A stretch of DNA of 49,839 nt, taken from Planctomycetota bacterium (GTDB lineage Bacteria > Planctomycetota > UBA11346). Below, in pieces: positions 39,265 to 47,912 of the stretch. The stretch spans positions 1 through 49,839 of the forward strand of contig JBBQSO010000035.1 in assembly GCA_038213805.1 (NCBI GenBank). The letters are read 5' to 3'. Each line of letters starts with the position of its first letter. Position 1 is the first letter of the stretch. The notes beneath the pieces are model-generated. The model saw only the letters and a program-made list of their open reading frames with translations. It was not told where the DNA came from and did not search any database. The position numbers and the translations under genes are program-made.

Positions 39265-39297
39265 ACCCCGGGCGCTTGCGCCCGGGGTTTATGTTTT
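39265..39297 (+). terminator. Rho-independent terminator
   Basis: ACCCCGGGCGC-TT-GCGCCCGGGGT followed by TTATGTTTT. Confidence 0.8.
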
Positions 39298-39328
39298 GGC
39301 GCGCTCGCGGAATTCTGCAGCCGTTTTG

Positions 39329-40951
39329 TCAGCTCGTACCTGCCTGCTGTCCAGAGCGCCGCAGGCTCGCGAGCAAGGTCCGCAACCCATCCAGGGTATC
39401 TGCCTCGGCCGGGGGCTTGTCACGCCGCCAGCGCGATATGCGTGGGAAGCGCAGGGCCAAACCCGATTTGTGCCGAGGTGAAGCCTGAACGCCCTCAAAC
39501 GCCAGTTCGAAGACCAGCTTGGGCTGAACCTGACGAACCGGACCAAATTTTTCAAGGGTATGTGCGCGCACAAAGCGGTCGACCTCAGCGATCTCGTCCT
39601 TGCTCAGTCCGGTATAAGCCTTGGCGATCGGGACCAGGGTTGGACCGTCCCACAGCGCGAAGGTGTAGTCGGTATAAAGGCCAGCGCGCTGTCCGTGGCC
39701 ATAGTGCGCGTACACCATCACCGCATCGACATGCATGGGGTCGATCTTCCATTTCCACCAATCCCCGACCACCCGCCCAACCCGATAGGGCGACCCCTGG
39801 CGCTTCAGCATCAGGCCTTCAACACCAAGATCGCGCGCCTGGTGGCGCAGACTGGCAAGATCGTCCCAACTGGTCACGTCAAGCGTGGGCGACACGCATA
39901 AGCACGTTGGCTCCTGAGTAGCGAGGAGCGCCGTAAGCATAGCACGACGCTCGCCCAGCGGGCGGGAACGCTGGTCCACCCCCTGCCATTCCAGCAGATC
40001 GTAGGCCATGTACATGAGCGGTACCTCCGCTTGCAGGTTCTCCGAGACGTGCACCCGCCCCAGGCGGCGCTGCAGGTCGGCGAATGGGCGCGGCCGTCCG
40101 TCCTGCCAAGCCAAGATCTCGCCGTCGAGTACGCAGCCGTCCGGGAACGCCGCCGCGGCCGCGATGAGCTCGGGAAACTGCGCCGTGACGAGGTCCTCGC
40201 CGCGCGACCACAAGGCGGCGGTTCCGGATCTACGGATGAGCTGGGCGCGAATGCCGTCCCACTTCCACTCCGCCTGCCATTCGGCGCGCGATCCAAGTTC
40301 CTCGGGCGCACCCGGCAGCGGGTGCGCGAGTGAAAAGGGATACGGACGCGCAGGATCCGCGGCGTGACCCTCATTGGAGGCGATGAGATTACGGTAGCCC
40401 TCCGCATCGGGCGTCCACTCGCCAAGCATGCGGTGCGCAATGACCGCGGCTGGCACCCCCGCCACCTGGGCGAGGGCACGCGCGACCAGGTTCTTCGCCA
40501 CACCCAGGCGGAATTCCCCGGTGAGCAGCTTGTGGTACACTAGGCGGGCCCGCACGTCGAGTTCGCCCCAGGTGCGTTCCACCAGCGCGCGGCGTTGGGA
40601 TTCGTCCAGGCCAACCAGAGGCAGCAAACGCTCGCGAACCACCACGGCGAGGGACAGCGCCTGCGGCGCCGCAGGAGCGGGCAGCAAAAGTGCCACGGTC
40701 TCGGCGAGATCACCAACGCGGTGATAGCACTCCTCGACCAGCCAGTCGGCAAGGCCAGCGGCTGCTGCCGCCCAATGCAGCAGCAGTCGGCCGCTGACCG
40801 CGCGCGCCGGTCGCCGACCGCTGAGGAATCGCAGCGCCCACGCAGCGTCCGCGGGCGGCGCGTCGGTGAAGTAGCCGACCAGCGACGCGACCTTGTCGGC
40901 CGTACGCGTGCTGGCGTCGAGATCGAGAAACAAGCGGGTGAAACGTTGCAT
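39329..40951 (-). CDS. ATP-dependent DNA ligase
   Basis: EWKWDGIRAQ (motif I), LDGEI, EGLMLK, WWKWK, LRFPRI; start MQRFTRL. Confidence 0.95.
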   Translation of the reverse strand: MQRFTRLFLDLDASTRTADKVASLVGYFTDAPPADAAWALRFLSGRRPARAVSGRLLLHWAAAAAGLADWLVEECYHRVGDLAETVALLLPAPAAPQALSLAVVVRERLLPLVGLDESQRRALVERTWGELDVRARLVYHKLLTGEFRLGVAKNLVARALAQVAGVPAAVIAHRMLGEWTPDAEGYRNLIASNEGHAADPARPYPFSLAHPLPGAPEELGSRAEWQAEWKWDGIRAQLIRRSGTAALWSRGEDLVTAQFPELIAAAAAFPDGCVLDGEILAWQDGRPRPFADLQRRLGRVHVSENLQAEVPLMYMAYDLLEWQGVDQRSRPLGERRAMLTALLATQEPTCLCVSPTLDVTSWDDLASLRHQARDLGVEGLMLKRQGSPYRVGRVVGDWWKWKIDPMHVDAVMVYAHYGHGQRAGLYTDYTFALWDGPTLVPIAKAYTGLSKDEIAEVDRFVRAHTLEKFGPVRQVQPKLVFELAFEGVQASPRHKSGLALRFPRISRWRRDKPPAEADTLDGLRTLLASLRRSGQQAGTS

Positions 40952-40958
40952 GGCTGAC

Positions 40959-42059
40959 TCACGCCGGCAGGGCTGAGGGGTCGACTGCGCCATGCGCCGC
41001 CGGGGTGCGCTGCGCCCCGGCGCCCTCCTCGGCTTCGAGTTCCGCCTCGATCAGCGCCTCGCCATCGCCGCCATCGTCGAAGTCGCCGTGCAGCAGCTCC
41101 GCGTCGAAACCCTGCTCGCGCAGCCAACGCTCCAGGGTCGGCGCCTGTCCATGGGTAAGCAGGACGCGCGCCGCGCCGGTGGCGCGGATCACCTCGATCA
41201 GACCATTCCAATCGGCGTGGTCCGAGAGCGCGAAGCCGCGATCAAGGTTGCGGCGGCGGCGGTTCCCGCGCACCTGCATCCAGCCGGAAGCGAAGGCGGT
41301 GGAGATGGCGCCGAAGCGGCGCAGCCACGGCGACCCGGCGGCCGACGGCGGAGCGATCACCAGCCCGCGCCCACGTACGCTGACGGTAGCCTCGCTGCCG
41401 ACCACGGGCGGCAGCGGGCAACCGGCGGCCCGGTACGCCGGCAAAAATCTCGCCACCGCGCCGTGTACCAGCAGCGGGCCGATCCCGGCGTCGACACCGG
41501 CGAGGACGCGCTGGGCCTTGCCGAGCGCGTACGCGAACAACACGCTCGTGCGTTCGCGCGCCTGGTTGCCCCGCCACCACGCATCGATCTCGGCGAACAG
41601 CTCCGCAGGTGGGGCCCAGCGGTAGATCGGCAGCGCAAACGTGGACTCGCTGACGAAGACGTGGCACCGCACCGGCTCGAGCGGGGCGCAGGTGGGATCG
41701 GGCCCGGTCTTATAGTCGCCGCTGACCACCCACACCTGGCCGCGATGCTCAATGCGCACCTGCGCGGAGCCGAGCAGGTGACCGGATGGGTGGAACGAGA
41801 CCTGCACGTCACCCAGCGTCACGCGCTCGCCATAGGGCACGCCGCTCACCGCTGAGGTCCCCACGCGCAATGCAACGACAGCAACCCCCGGCGCTGCGGT
41901 CAGGTACGATGCTGAACCAGGACGTGCATGGTCGGCGTGGCCGTGGGTCAGCACGGCGCGCGCCACCGGTCGCCACGGATCGATATGGAAGCCACCTGCG
42001 GGACACCACAACCCCTCGCGGGTGGATACCAGCAGCGGTTCGCCAAACGCGGCGGGCAT
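40959..42059 (-). CDS. Ligase-associated DNA damage response exonuclease (metallo-beta-lactamase fold)
   Basis: THGHADHARPG, GHLLGSAQ, SGDYK, ESTFALP, YALGKAQR, LSDHADW. Confidence 0.93.
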   Translation of the reverse strand: MPAAFGEPLLVSTREGLWCPAGGFHIDPWRPVARAVLTHGHADHARPGSASYLTAAPGVAVVALRVGTSAVSGVPYGERVTLGDVQVSFHPSGHLLGSAQVRIEHRGQVWVVSGDYKTGPDPTCAPLEPVRCHVFVSESTFALPIYRWAPPAELFAEIDAWWRGNQARERTSVLFAYALGKAQRVLAGVDAGIGPLLVHGAVARFLPAYRAAGCPLPPVVGSEATVSVRGRGLVIAPPSAAGSPWLRRFGAISTAFASGWMQVRGNRRRRNLDRGFALSDHADWNGLIEVIRATGAARVLLTHGQAPTLERWLREQGFDAELLHGDFDDGGDGEALIEAELEAEEGAGAQRTPAAHGAVDPSALPA

Positions 42060-42070
42060 GTACTGAGAAC

Positions 42071-42352
42071 CTATTTGTCGTTGCCGGGGCCGGGGCTGTC
42101 GACCGGCGCCGTCGCGGGTGCAGGTGTCGCATGCGTGCTCGACGCGCCGGCATCGGCCGGCGTCGGGGACGCGTGGACCTGCCCGGGAGCGGGTTCAGGT
42201 TGGGCAGTATCGATGCGTGGCGTCGCTGGTGTCGAGGGGATGGGCGCAGGTGTTGGCGCGGCATCCTTATTCGGCTTCAACGGTTCACCGCATCCGCCCA
42301 AGGCAATGGCGATGAGGGCGATCATGACGGCGGCGGGGCGGGGATGGCGCAT
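42071..42352 (-). CDS. Small Pro/Ala/Thr-rich lipoprotein
   Basis: MRHPRP-hydrophobic-LGGC lipobox followed by a low-complexity tail; ends 11 nt before the exonuclease start. Confidence 0.65.
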   Translation of the reverse strand: MRHPRPAAVMIALIAIALGGCGEPLKPNKDAAPTPAPIPSTPATPRIDTAQPEPAPGQVHASPTPADAGASSTHATPAPATAPVDSPGPGNDK

Positions 42353-42396
42353 GACGATATTTTCCGGGTTTTTTTGGAGGAAGGTCGAGATTTCCC

Positions 42397-42413
42397 AGCA
42401 AGTACCGCTCCAG
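42397..42413 (-). promoter_or_regulatory. Possible sigma54-type promoter (lipoprotein-exonuclease-ligase operon)
   Basis: CTGGAGCGGTACTTGCT (canonical -12 TTGCT, weaker -24). Confidence 0.5.
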
Positions 42414-42474
42414 GAACGCATGCAGTGCGGATGGGGATCCCATGGAGCGCCGCGATGCGCCCCCGGTTCACATC

Positions 42475-42936
42475 TCAGCGCGTGAGCGGCAAGCCGGCGA
42501 CTGCAGCCGCGCGCGTGGCCTGGTAGCGCGACGCGAGTTCGCGCAGCATGCCGTCAGTCATCATGCGGCGCAGGCGCGGCAGGATCATCGCCTCCTCCTC
42601 GGCGAAGTGGCGCCGCATGGCCTCCGACAGGGACCCGACCAGCACAGGCCAGGGATCGTCGGAACCCGACCCCCGGCCAAGTCTGGCGATCAACGCGTCA
42701 ATCTCGCGATGCTGGGCACTCGCCCGGGCACCCATGGAGCTCGCGTCGACGTGCAGCATCAGCAGTGGGTAGAGGGTCTTCTCCTCGAACTGCATGTGGT
42801 CGTCCAGCAACCCGGTGAGTTCAGTGAGATGGCGCGACCGCGATTCAGGGTCGGTACCCGTGTCGCCAGCGAGGCGCACCAGATGCGCGAGCAGGTCGGC
42901 GTGGTCCTGGCAGAGGAGGGTCAGGATGCTGATCAT
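42475..42936 (-). CDS. Hemerythrin HHE domain protein
   Basis: L-QDH, HMQFEEKTLYP, QHREID, HFAEEEAMILP. Confidence 0.88.
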   Translation of the reverse strand: MISILTLLCQDHADLLAHLVRLAGDTGTDPESRSRHLTELTGLLDDHMQFEEKTLYPLLMLHVDASSMGARASAQHREIDALIARLGRGSGSDDPWPVLVGSLSEAMRRHFAEEEAMILPRLRRMMTDGMLRELASRYQATRAAAVAGLPLTR

Positions 42937-43010
42937 CGTCGTCCGTCCGCGGTGGTGCCCGTCGATCGCGCAACAGCGCTGCTGCGCATGCCGGGTTACA
43001 ATGACTCAAG

Positions 43011-43027
43011 AGCACGGAGGATGCCAA
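43011..43027 (-). promoter_or_regulatory. sigma54-type promoter (hemerythrin gene)
   Basis: TTGGCATCCTCCGTGCT. Confidence 0.75.
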
Positions 43028-43165
43028 ACATACAATGGCGCTCACGCACCAAGCACTTGTATTGATGCGCCAATTACAGGCTGCGCGCGCATTGCACCGC
43101 TGCGAGACTGGTCGGAGGCGACCGTGCGGAATGCACGAGGATCACGGCGATCCGGCCGGATAGAA

Positions 43166-43182
43166 CCGGCATGAAGCGCGCT
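43166..43182 (+). promoter_or_regulatory. Possible sigma54-type promoter (PurD-like gene)
   Basis: CCGGCATGAAGCGCGCT, 30 nt before the ATG at 43213. Confidence 0.55.
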
Positions 43183-43212
43183 CGGCCCCGCAACCCAAAC
43201 CTGGATCCCCCC

Positions 43213-44550
43213 ATGCGCATCCTCGGTATCGGCGATTACCTCGACCTTGGTGACATGTATCTGCGCCTGGCAGCAAGCGGTCATGACGTGCGCGTACACG
43301 TTGCTGACCCCGCTTACCACGGCGTGATGGCGGGCATGGTGCGCCGTGTCGCGGACTGGCGAGCCGAGCTGTCGGGGGTTGGGGCAGCCGGAAATGATTG
43401 GCTCATCCTCTATGAAGGGGCGGGTCACGGTCACGAGCAGGACGCGCTGCGCCAGGCCGGCCACCAGGTCATCGGTGGTTGCGCTTGGGGCGACCGACTG
43501 GAAGGCGATCGCGCCTTCGGTCAGGAGATGATGCGCGCGGCCGGGATGCGTACCGCCACGGTCAAGGAATTCAGCGATTTCGCCGCGGCCATCGCCTTCA
43601 TCCAGACGCGTCCGCGGCGTTATGTGTGCAAGCACAACGGGCATCACCTGCCTTCGACGCGGAATTACGTGGGATTGCTCGAGGACGGGTCGGATGTCGC
43701 GCATCTGCTGCGCGGCTACACCCGGACCTGGCCGGCCGAAGTGCCGGTCTCGTTCGTGCTGATGGATCACCTCGCTGGCGTCGAGACCGGCGTCGGCGCA
43801 TACTTCAACGGTGATGCCTTTGTAGGGCCCGCCTGCCTGGACTGGGAGCACAAGCGCTTCTTCCCCGGTGACCTTGGCGAACTGACCGGGGAGATGGGCA
43901 CCGTGGTGACCTACGAGGGCGGTGCCCGCCTGTTCGCCGAGACCCTGGCGCCGCTCGCCCCGCGCATGCGTGAGGCCGGCTATCGCGGTTACATCAACCT
44001 GAACTGCATCATCAACGAGGACGGCGTGTGGCCGCTGGAATACACCTGCCGCTTTGGCTATCCCGGCTTTGCCATCCTCGATGCGCTGCAACCGGGCGGT
44101 TGGGACGAGGTTCTGGGCGCGATGCTCGGCCGGAGTGACGGCTTCTCCACCACTCCGGGCTACGCGGTGGGCGTGGTTTTGACCACGCCACCATTCCCCT
44201 ATGCGGGCGACAGCTCGTGCCACGCCGAGGGGCTGCCGATCACCATCCGCGGCACGCTTTCCGCCGCGGAACGCGGACACCTCCACTACGCCGAGGTCGC
44301 AATGGACGACACTGGTGCGCTCGTCACAAGCGGCGCATCGGGTTACATCCTGGTCGCCACCGGATGCGGCCCGGACATCGTCACGGCGCAGCGCGTCGCC
44401 TATGGATTGCTGGACCGGGTGGTGGTGCCGAATGCGCGCTGGCGCGTCGACATCGGTGACCGCCTGCGCGACCGCGATCTCGCACGCTTGGCGCGCATCG
44501 GCTACGGGGCAGGCGCGACCATGCCGTCGCCCCACAAGGAGCGACGATAG
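43213..44550 (+). CDS. Divergent PurD-like (GAR synthetase-like) ATP-grasp ligase
   Basis: RLEGDRAFG..M, EHKRFFPGDLGELTGEMG, LEYTCRFGYP. Lacks the canonical PurD GSGGREH N-terminal motif. Confidence 0.8.
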   Translation: MRILGIGDYLDLGDMYLRLAASGHDVRVHVADPAYHGVMAGMVRRVADWRAELSGVGAAGNDWLILYEGAGHGHEQDALRQAGHQVIGGCAWGDRLEGDRAFGQEMMRAAGMRTATVKEFSDFAAAIAFIQTRPRRYVCKHNGHHLPSTRNYVGLLEDGSDVAHLLRGYTRTWPAEVPVSFVLMDHLAGVETGVGAYFNGDAFVGPACLDWEHKRFFPGDLGELTGEMGTVVTYEGGARLFAETLAPLAPRMREAGYRGYINLNCIINEDGVWPLEYTCRFGYPGFAILDALQPGGWDEVLGAMLGRSDGFSTTPGYAVGVVLTTPPFPYAGDSSCHAEGLPITIRGTLSAAERGHLHYAEVAMDDTGALVTSGASGYILVATGCGPDIVTAQRVAYGLLDRVVVPNARWRVDIGDRLRDRDLARLARIGYGAGATMPSPHKERR

Positions 44551-45431
44551 GCGCGGAAGCACTGCTCGCCCGCGCGCAGGCGCAGTAGCGCGCCCTCGGC
44601 CAGCCACGGCGCGAGCCCTGGAGCTGCCTCTACGAGGGGCGCCAAAACTTCGGCGTTCCAACCCTGGGAGTGCTTGACGTCCAACACCGCATGGAGCTCA
44701 AAATAGCGGCGCTCAGCAGCGCCCAGCCCCAAGCGGCGCAGCCCTGCATCCACCTGCGCCACACGACCTGGAGCGGTCAATTCGATGACGCCGAGCGCCC
44801 CGAGCGCGTGGTAGGCGTATCTGCGGTCGGTGGCGAAAGCGACCATCAGGTTGCCGAGCGCCAGCGCCGGCCACAGGGTGGTGCCGATCTCCGGTTGGAG
44901 TCCGAGGTGGGCCACCAGTTCGTCCAGGAGGCGGCCGTGCATGCCCTGGGTATGGCCTCGCCCCATCTCATCCCAGTAGTTGCGTGCGAGCTCGACCTTC
45001 ACCCGGTCCGGCATTTTGATCTGGCTGAGCGCGACCAGGTCGTCGAAGCCGGCCTCGCCGGCAGCCTCCTGGGTGAGGAACCAGCGCATCTGCTCCATGG
45101 TGGCGTGGTGCGCGAGCCATGGGAAGAGCGCATCGCCCTGCCCAGGACCGTGCTCTGCGAGCCCAGCAAACCAGGCAACGAAGCCGCGCACGTCCCGTGG
45201 CACGCGCGCGGCCTCGACAGCGACCAGGGCGCGCTCCGCCTCGACGAAGGCATGCTCGCGGCGGCGCAGGTCGAGCTCGTCGCGCTGGCGCTCCTCCCAA
45301 TCGTCCACGTCACCCGGGCCTTGCGGCGCCAGTCGGCGTGCGTTGAAGCGCGCGAGTCCGCGGTGCAGGTGGTCCTGGTCGCTGACGGCGCACGCCGGCG
45401 GTGCGATGTGATCGAGCAGCATGGGGGTCAT
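44502..45431 (-). CDS. Iron-containing redox enzyme (heme-oxygenase-like diiron oxidase, HDO)
   Basis: EAGFDDLVA, ELARNYWDEMGRG...H, LGVIEL, YFELHAVLDVKHS. Confidence 0.9.
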   Translation of the reverse strand: MTPMLLDHIAPPACAVSDQDHLHRGLARFNARRLAPQGPGDVDDWEERQRDELDLRRREHAFVEAERALVAVEAARVPRDVRGFVAWFAGLAEHGPGQGDALFPWLAHHATMEQMRWFLTQEAAGEAGFDDLVALSQIKMPDRVKVELARNYWDEMGRGHTQGMHGRLLDELVAHLGLQPEIGTTLWPALALGNLMVAFATDRRYAYHALGALGVIELTAPGRVAQVDAGLRRLGLGAAERRYFELHAVLDVKHSQGWNAEVLAPLVEAAPGLAPWLAEGALLRLRAGEQCFRAYRRSLWGDGMVAPAP

Positions 45432-46441
45432 GGCGTGTCCTCGCCGGTGGCTACGGTGCTAGAGGGCAGGGTCACGGTAAGGCCGATCACCGCGATGCGA
45501 TCGATGCCCTGGTAGGATTCCTGCGCGAGTTCCTCGGAAAATACGTCGACATCAAGTTCTTCGTAGGTGTAGGCGAGACCCAGGCCACCGAGCACCGGTG
45601 CAACCGCCTCGTGAAATCGATCTGCGCCCTGCACCACCGGGCTTCCGGTGTACAGGACGAAAGTGCCACCCGGTCGCAGATGCAGGAGCGACTCCGTGAC
45701 CATGCGCAGCGCCAGCTCAAGGCCGAGAGGTCCGCCGCCATCGCGGTACCAGCGGCCGGTCGCATCGATCATGTACGGCGGATTAGCGATGATCGCGTCG
45801 TAGGTGCCAGGCGCAGCTGCAAACAAGTCGCCGACCGCCACCTGGGCGTCGATAAGGCACGCAAGCGCGGCATTGATGCCCGCGTGGCGCGCCGCCAATG
45901 GGTTGATGTCAGTCATGGTCACGCTGGCGAAGCGCGGTGCGAGGCAGATGGCCGCGGCGCCACTGCCGGCGCCGAGTTCCAGCAGGTCGCCACCACCGGG
46001 CAGGGCGCGCTCGAGCAATCGCACGAAGCGATAGGTGTCTGGTCCGAAGAACACCGCATCGTGGGCGGTTGTCGGAAAGGCCGAGTGCAGGATGAGGCGC
46101 TCGATGTTCGCCGCGGAAATGGTCGAGAAGCGTACGCGGCTGCGCAGATGCTCGCCTTCCTCTTCCACCGCATCCGCAGCCTTGAGCAGGTCCAGCATAG
46201 CCGGCGCCAGCAACCACGGCCGGAAGGGCCGGCTCCATCCAAACACATCGCGCAGATCGGTCGCCACCGCGTTGCCGGGGCGCGCATTGACCAGGGCGTG
46301 GCCGCCGGGGGTGATGGTGGTGAAGCGATAGCCGTTCTCTACCAGCATGCGACCGAGCGCAACCAGGGCCTGATCCGCAGGCAACAGCTTCTGGGTGTTG
46401 AAGGCAGTGTCTGATGCGACGGGCAGATGGATGAGAGTCAT
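45428..46441 (-). CDS. Class I SAM-dependent methyltransferase (HemK/MTS-like, NPPY)
   Basis: VFFGPDTYRF, ELGAGSG, DINP, IIANPPY; stop overlaps the HDO start (ATGA); GGAAGG RBS. The start may be 46477. Confidence 0.9.
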   Translation of the reverse strand: MTLIHLPVASDTAFNTQKLLPADQALVALGRMLVENGYRFTTITPGGHALVNARPGNAVATDLRDVFGWSRPFRPWLLAPAMLDLLKAADAVEEEGEHLRSRVRFSTISAANIERLILHSAFPTTAHDAVFFGPDTYRFVRLLERALPGGGDLLELGAGSGAAAICLAPRFASVTMTDINPLAARHAGINAALACLIDAQVAVGDLFAAAPGTYDAIIANPPYMIDATGRWYRDGGGPLGLELALRMVTESLLHLRPGGTFVLYTGSPVVQGADRFHEAVAPVLGGLGLAYTYEELDVDVFSEELAQESYQGIDRIAVIGLTVTLPSSTVATGEDTP

Positions 46442-46594
46442 GAACGCCTTCCCGCGTGGTGCCCTAGCGATGGCCATGTCCGCAGACGAACCCCGGCTGA
46501 TGCAGCGCTGCTACCCTGCCAGATCGCCTGATTGCGGTCTGCGGTTGCTCACCCTGGGTGCGTGCCGTGATTCCGGATGGCCATGTGGTGGATT

Positions 46595-46611
46595 AGCCGC
46601 AAGCATGCCAA
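46595..46611 (-). promoter_or_regulatory. sigma54-type promoter (methyltransferase-HDO operon)
   Basis: TTGGCATGCTTGCGGCT. Confidence 0.7.
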
Positions 46612-46657
46612 TGGGCGGCGTCAACCTGGGCCGCGCATGGCCTCGCGCAATACAAGA

Positions 46658-46685
46658 ATCCACAGCAGCGTACGCTGCTGTGGAT
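46658..46685 (-). terminator. Perfect 28-bp palindrome, probable terminator of the Cys-repeat gene
   Basis: ATCCACAGCAGCGTACGCTGCTGTGGAT, followed on the minus strand by TCTTGTATT. Confidence 0.55.
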
Positions 46686-46748
46686 GCAAGAATCAGTGTT
46701 TATGACTGGTTCACTCGAATCTGCCCGGCCAGCGTGCGATGCGAATTC

Positions 46749-46982
46749 TCAGGTCCCTTTGCAACCGCCCTGGCCCTTGCAGGAATTCATGCCCTTGCAA
46801 GCGTGGGCCTCAGTCTTGCAGCCGCCCTGGCCCTTGCAGGCATTCATGCCCTTGCAGGCGTGCTTGCCATCGGTGGCAGTCGGGGTGCCGCCGCTGCGGC
46901 TGCTGGAATCGTCACAACCGGCCATGGCGCCGGCCATGATGCCAGCGACGGAAGCTGCGAGGAGGATGTTGGAGATCTTCAT
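46749..46982 (-). CDS. Small Cys-repeat lipoprotein, bufferin BufA2-like precursor (77 aa)
   Basis: MKISNILLAASVAGIMAGAMAGC lipobox; two HACKGMN(A/S)CKGQGGCK units (57-bp DNA repeat at 46759-46805 and 46816-46862). Confidence 0.8.
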   Translation of the reverse strand: MKISNILLAASVAGIMAGAMAGCDDSSSRSGGTPTATDGKHACKGMNACKGQGGCKTEAHACKGMNSCKGQGGCKGT

Positions 46983-47434
46983 GTGGTGCTTTCTGGGCTG
47001 ATCGGATGAGGGGCATATGCCCCATGGATCGGGCGACGGGGAACATCCCCGCCGCACGCAGGTACGTGCTTCCGAAAACGATGTTTGCAGCGTGTCGAAG
47101 GCAGGATGAATAAAGCCGCGGTGCAATCCGCATCCTTGGGTCTGTGCAGATCAGGTGGAGTGCAGGAGCGTGCGCCCAGGGCCCGCGTTGAAGATGTGCA
47201 AAACGTCCTTCCACGGCGTTCGCGCCGCAGACCGCGTCAGCGACACGCCGCGGCGGCGGATTTTGATGGATGTCGCAAAAGGCCATGATCCCGTCCTTCA
47301 CAGCCCACCGGCGGATCCTGCGAAAGCATTCCACCCCCGGTGTGAGCCCGGTCCGCGCCAGCAGGTGATGCAGTCGCCGGTGGGCCTGGTCGTTTTCCTG
47401 AACACCCGCGAGGAGCGCAGGGTCGGAAATGCGT

Positions 47435-47451
47435 AGCACCGGGCATACCAA
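47435..47451 (-). promoter_or_regulatory. Possible sigma54-type promoter with no immediately adjacent gene
   Basis: TTGGTATGCCCGGTGCT. Confidence 0.55.
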
Positions 47452-47579
47452 AAATCGGGTACTTTGGGCGCAGTGCGCCGCCTACGCCTCAGTTCTGGAA
47501 ATAGTTCTCTTCAAGCGCGCAGCCCATTACGCCAACACCCATTGCACATCCCCGGCACACACTCAGGTCGGGGCACCCC

Positions 47580-47912
47580 CTACTCTTGGACGCCCCCCTG
47601 CTCGCGACGCACGAGGCGACGCAGGCGCTCGACCTCATCGAGGAGGTCCAGCACCAGCGGCATGCTGTCCAGGGCCACCGCGAGATCGCGGTGCAGCCGC
47701 CAGGCGCGCTGGAGCTGCAGCAGCTCGAGGTCGGAGAACACCCAGGACTCGGGCGCGGGGCCGCGGGGTACGATGACGCCCACGGAGACCAGGCTGACGA
47801 TCACCTCGCGCTGCACGCCGCTCAGGCGGCTCGCCTCGACGAGGGTATATCGCGTGGACCCGACAACGACCTCGCCGGCCTGCGCTTCGCCCGGCCCCTG
47901 GTCGGCACTCAT
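47580..47912 (-). CDS. cbpM: Chaperone modulator CbpM (MerR-like HTH)
   Basis: YTLVEASRLSG...LVSVGVI...W-F...RAWRLHRDL...LVLDLLDEVERLR; ATGA overlap with cbpA. Confidence 0.88.
   Translation of the reverse strand: MSADQGPGEAQAGEVVVGSTRYTLVEASRLSGVQREVIVSLVSVGVIVPRGPAPESWVFSDLELLQLQRAWRLHRDLAVALDSMPLVLDLLDEVERLRRLVRREQGGVQE

Noticed and set aside
37975..43097. Recurring AAT(T/C)AC(A/T)GG and CATTGCAC words near sigma54-type motifs as enhancer sites
   Set aside because: Spacing and orientation are inconsistent; cannot be distinguished from chance without motif discovery.
43213..44550. Calling the ATP-grasp gene purD
   Set aside because: Lacks the canonical N-terminal PurD motif and any purine-pathway context.
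44502..46982. Single RiPP operon in which the HDO and methyltransferase modify the Cys-repeat peptide
   Set aside because: A ~270-300-nt gap with a terminator-like palindrome and a separate promoter motif argues for separate transcription units.
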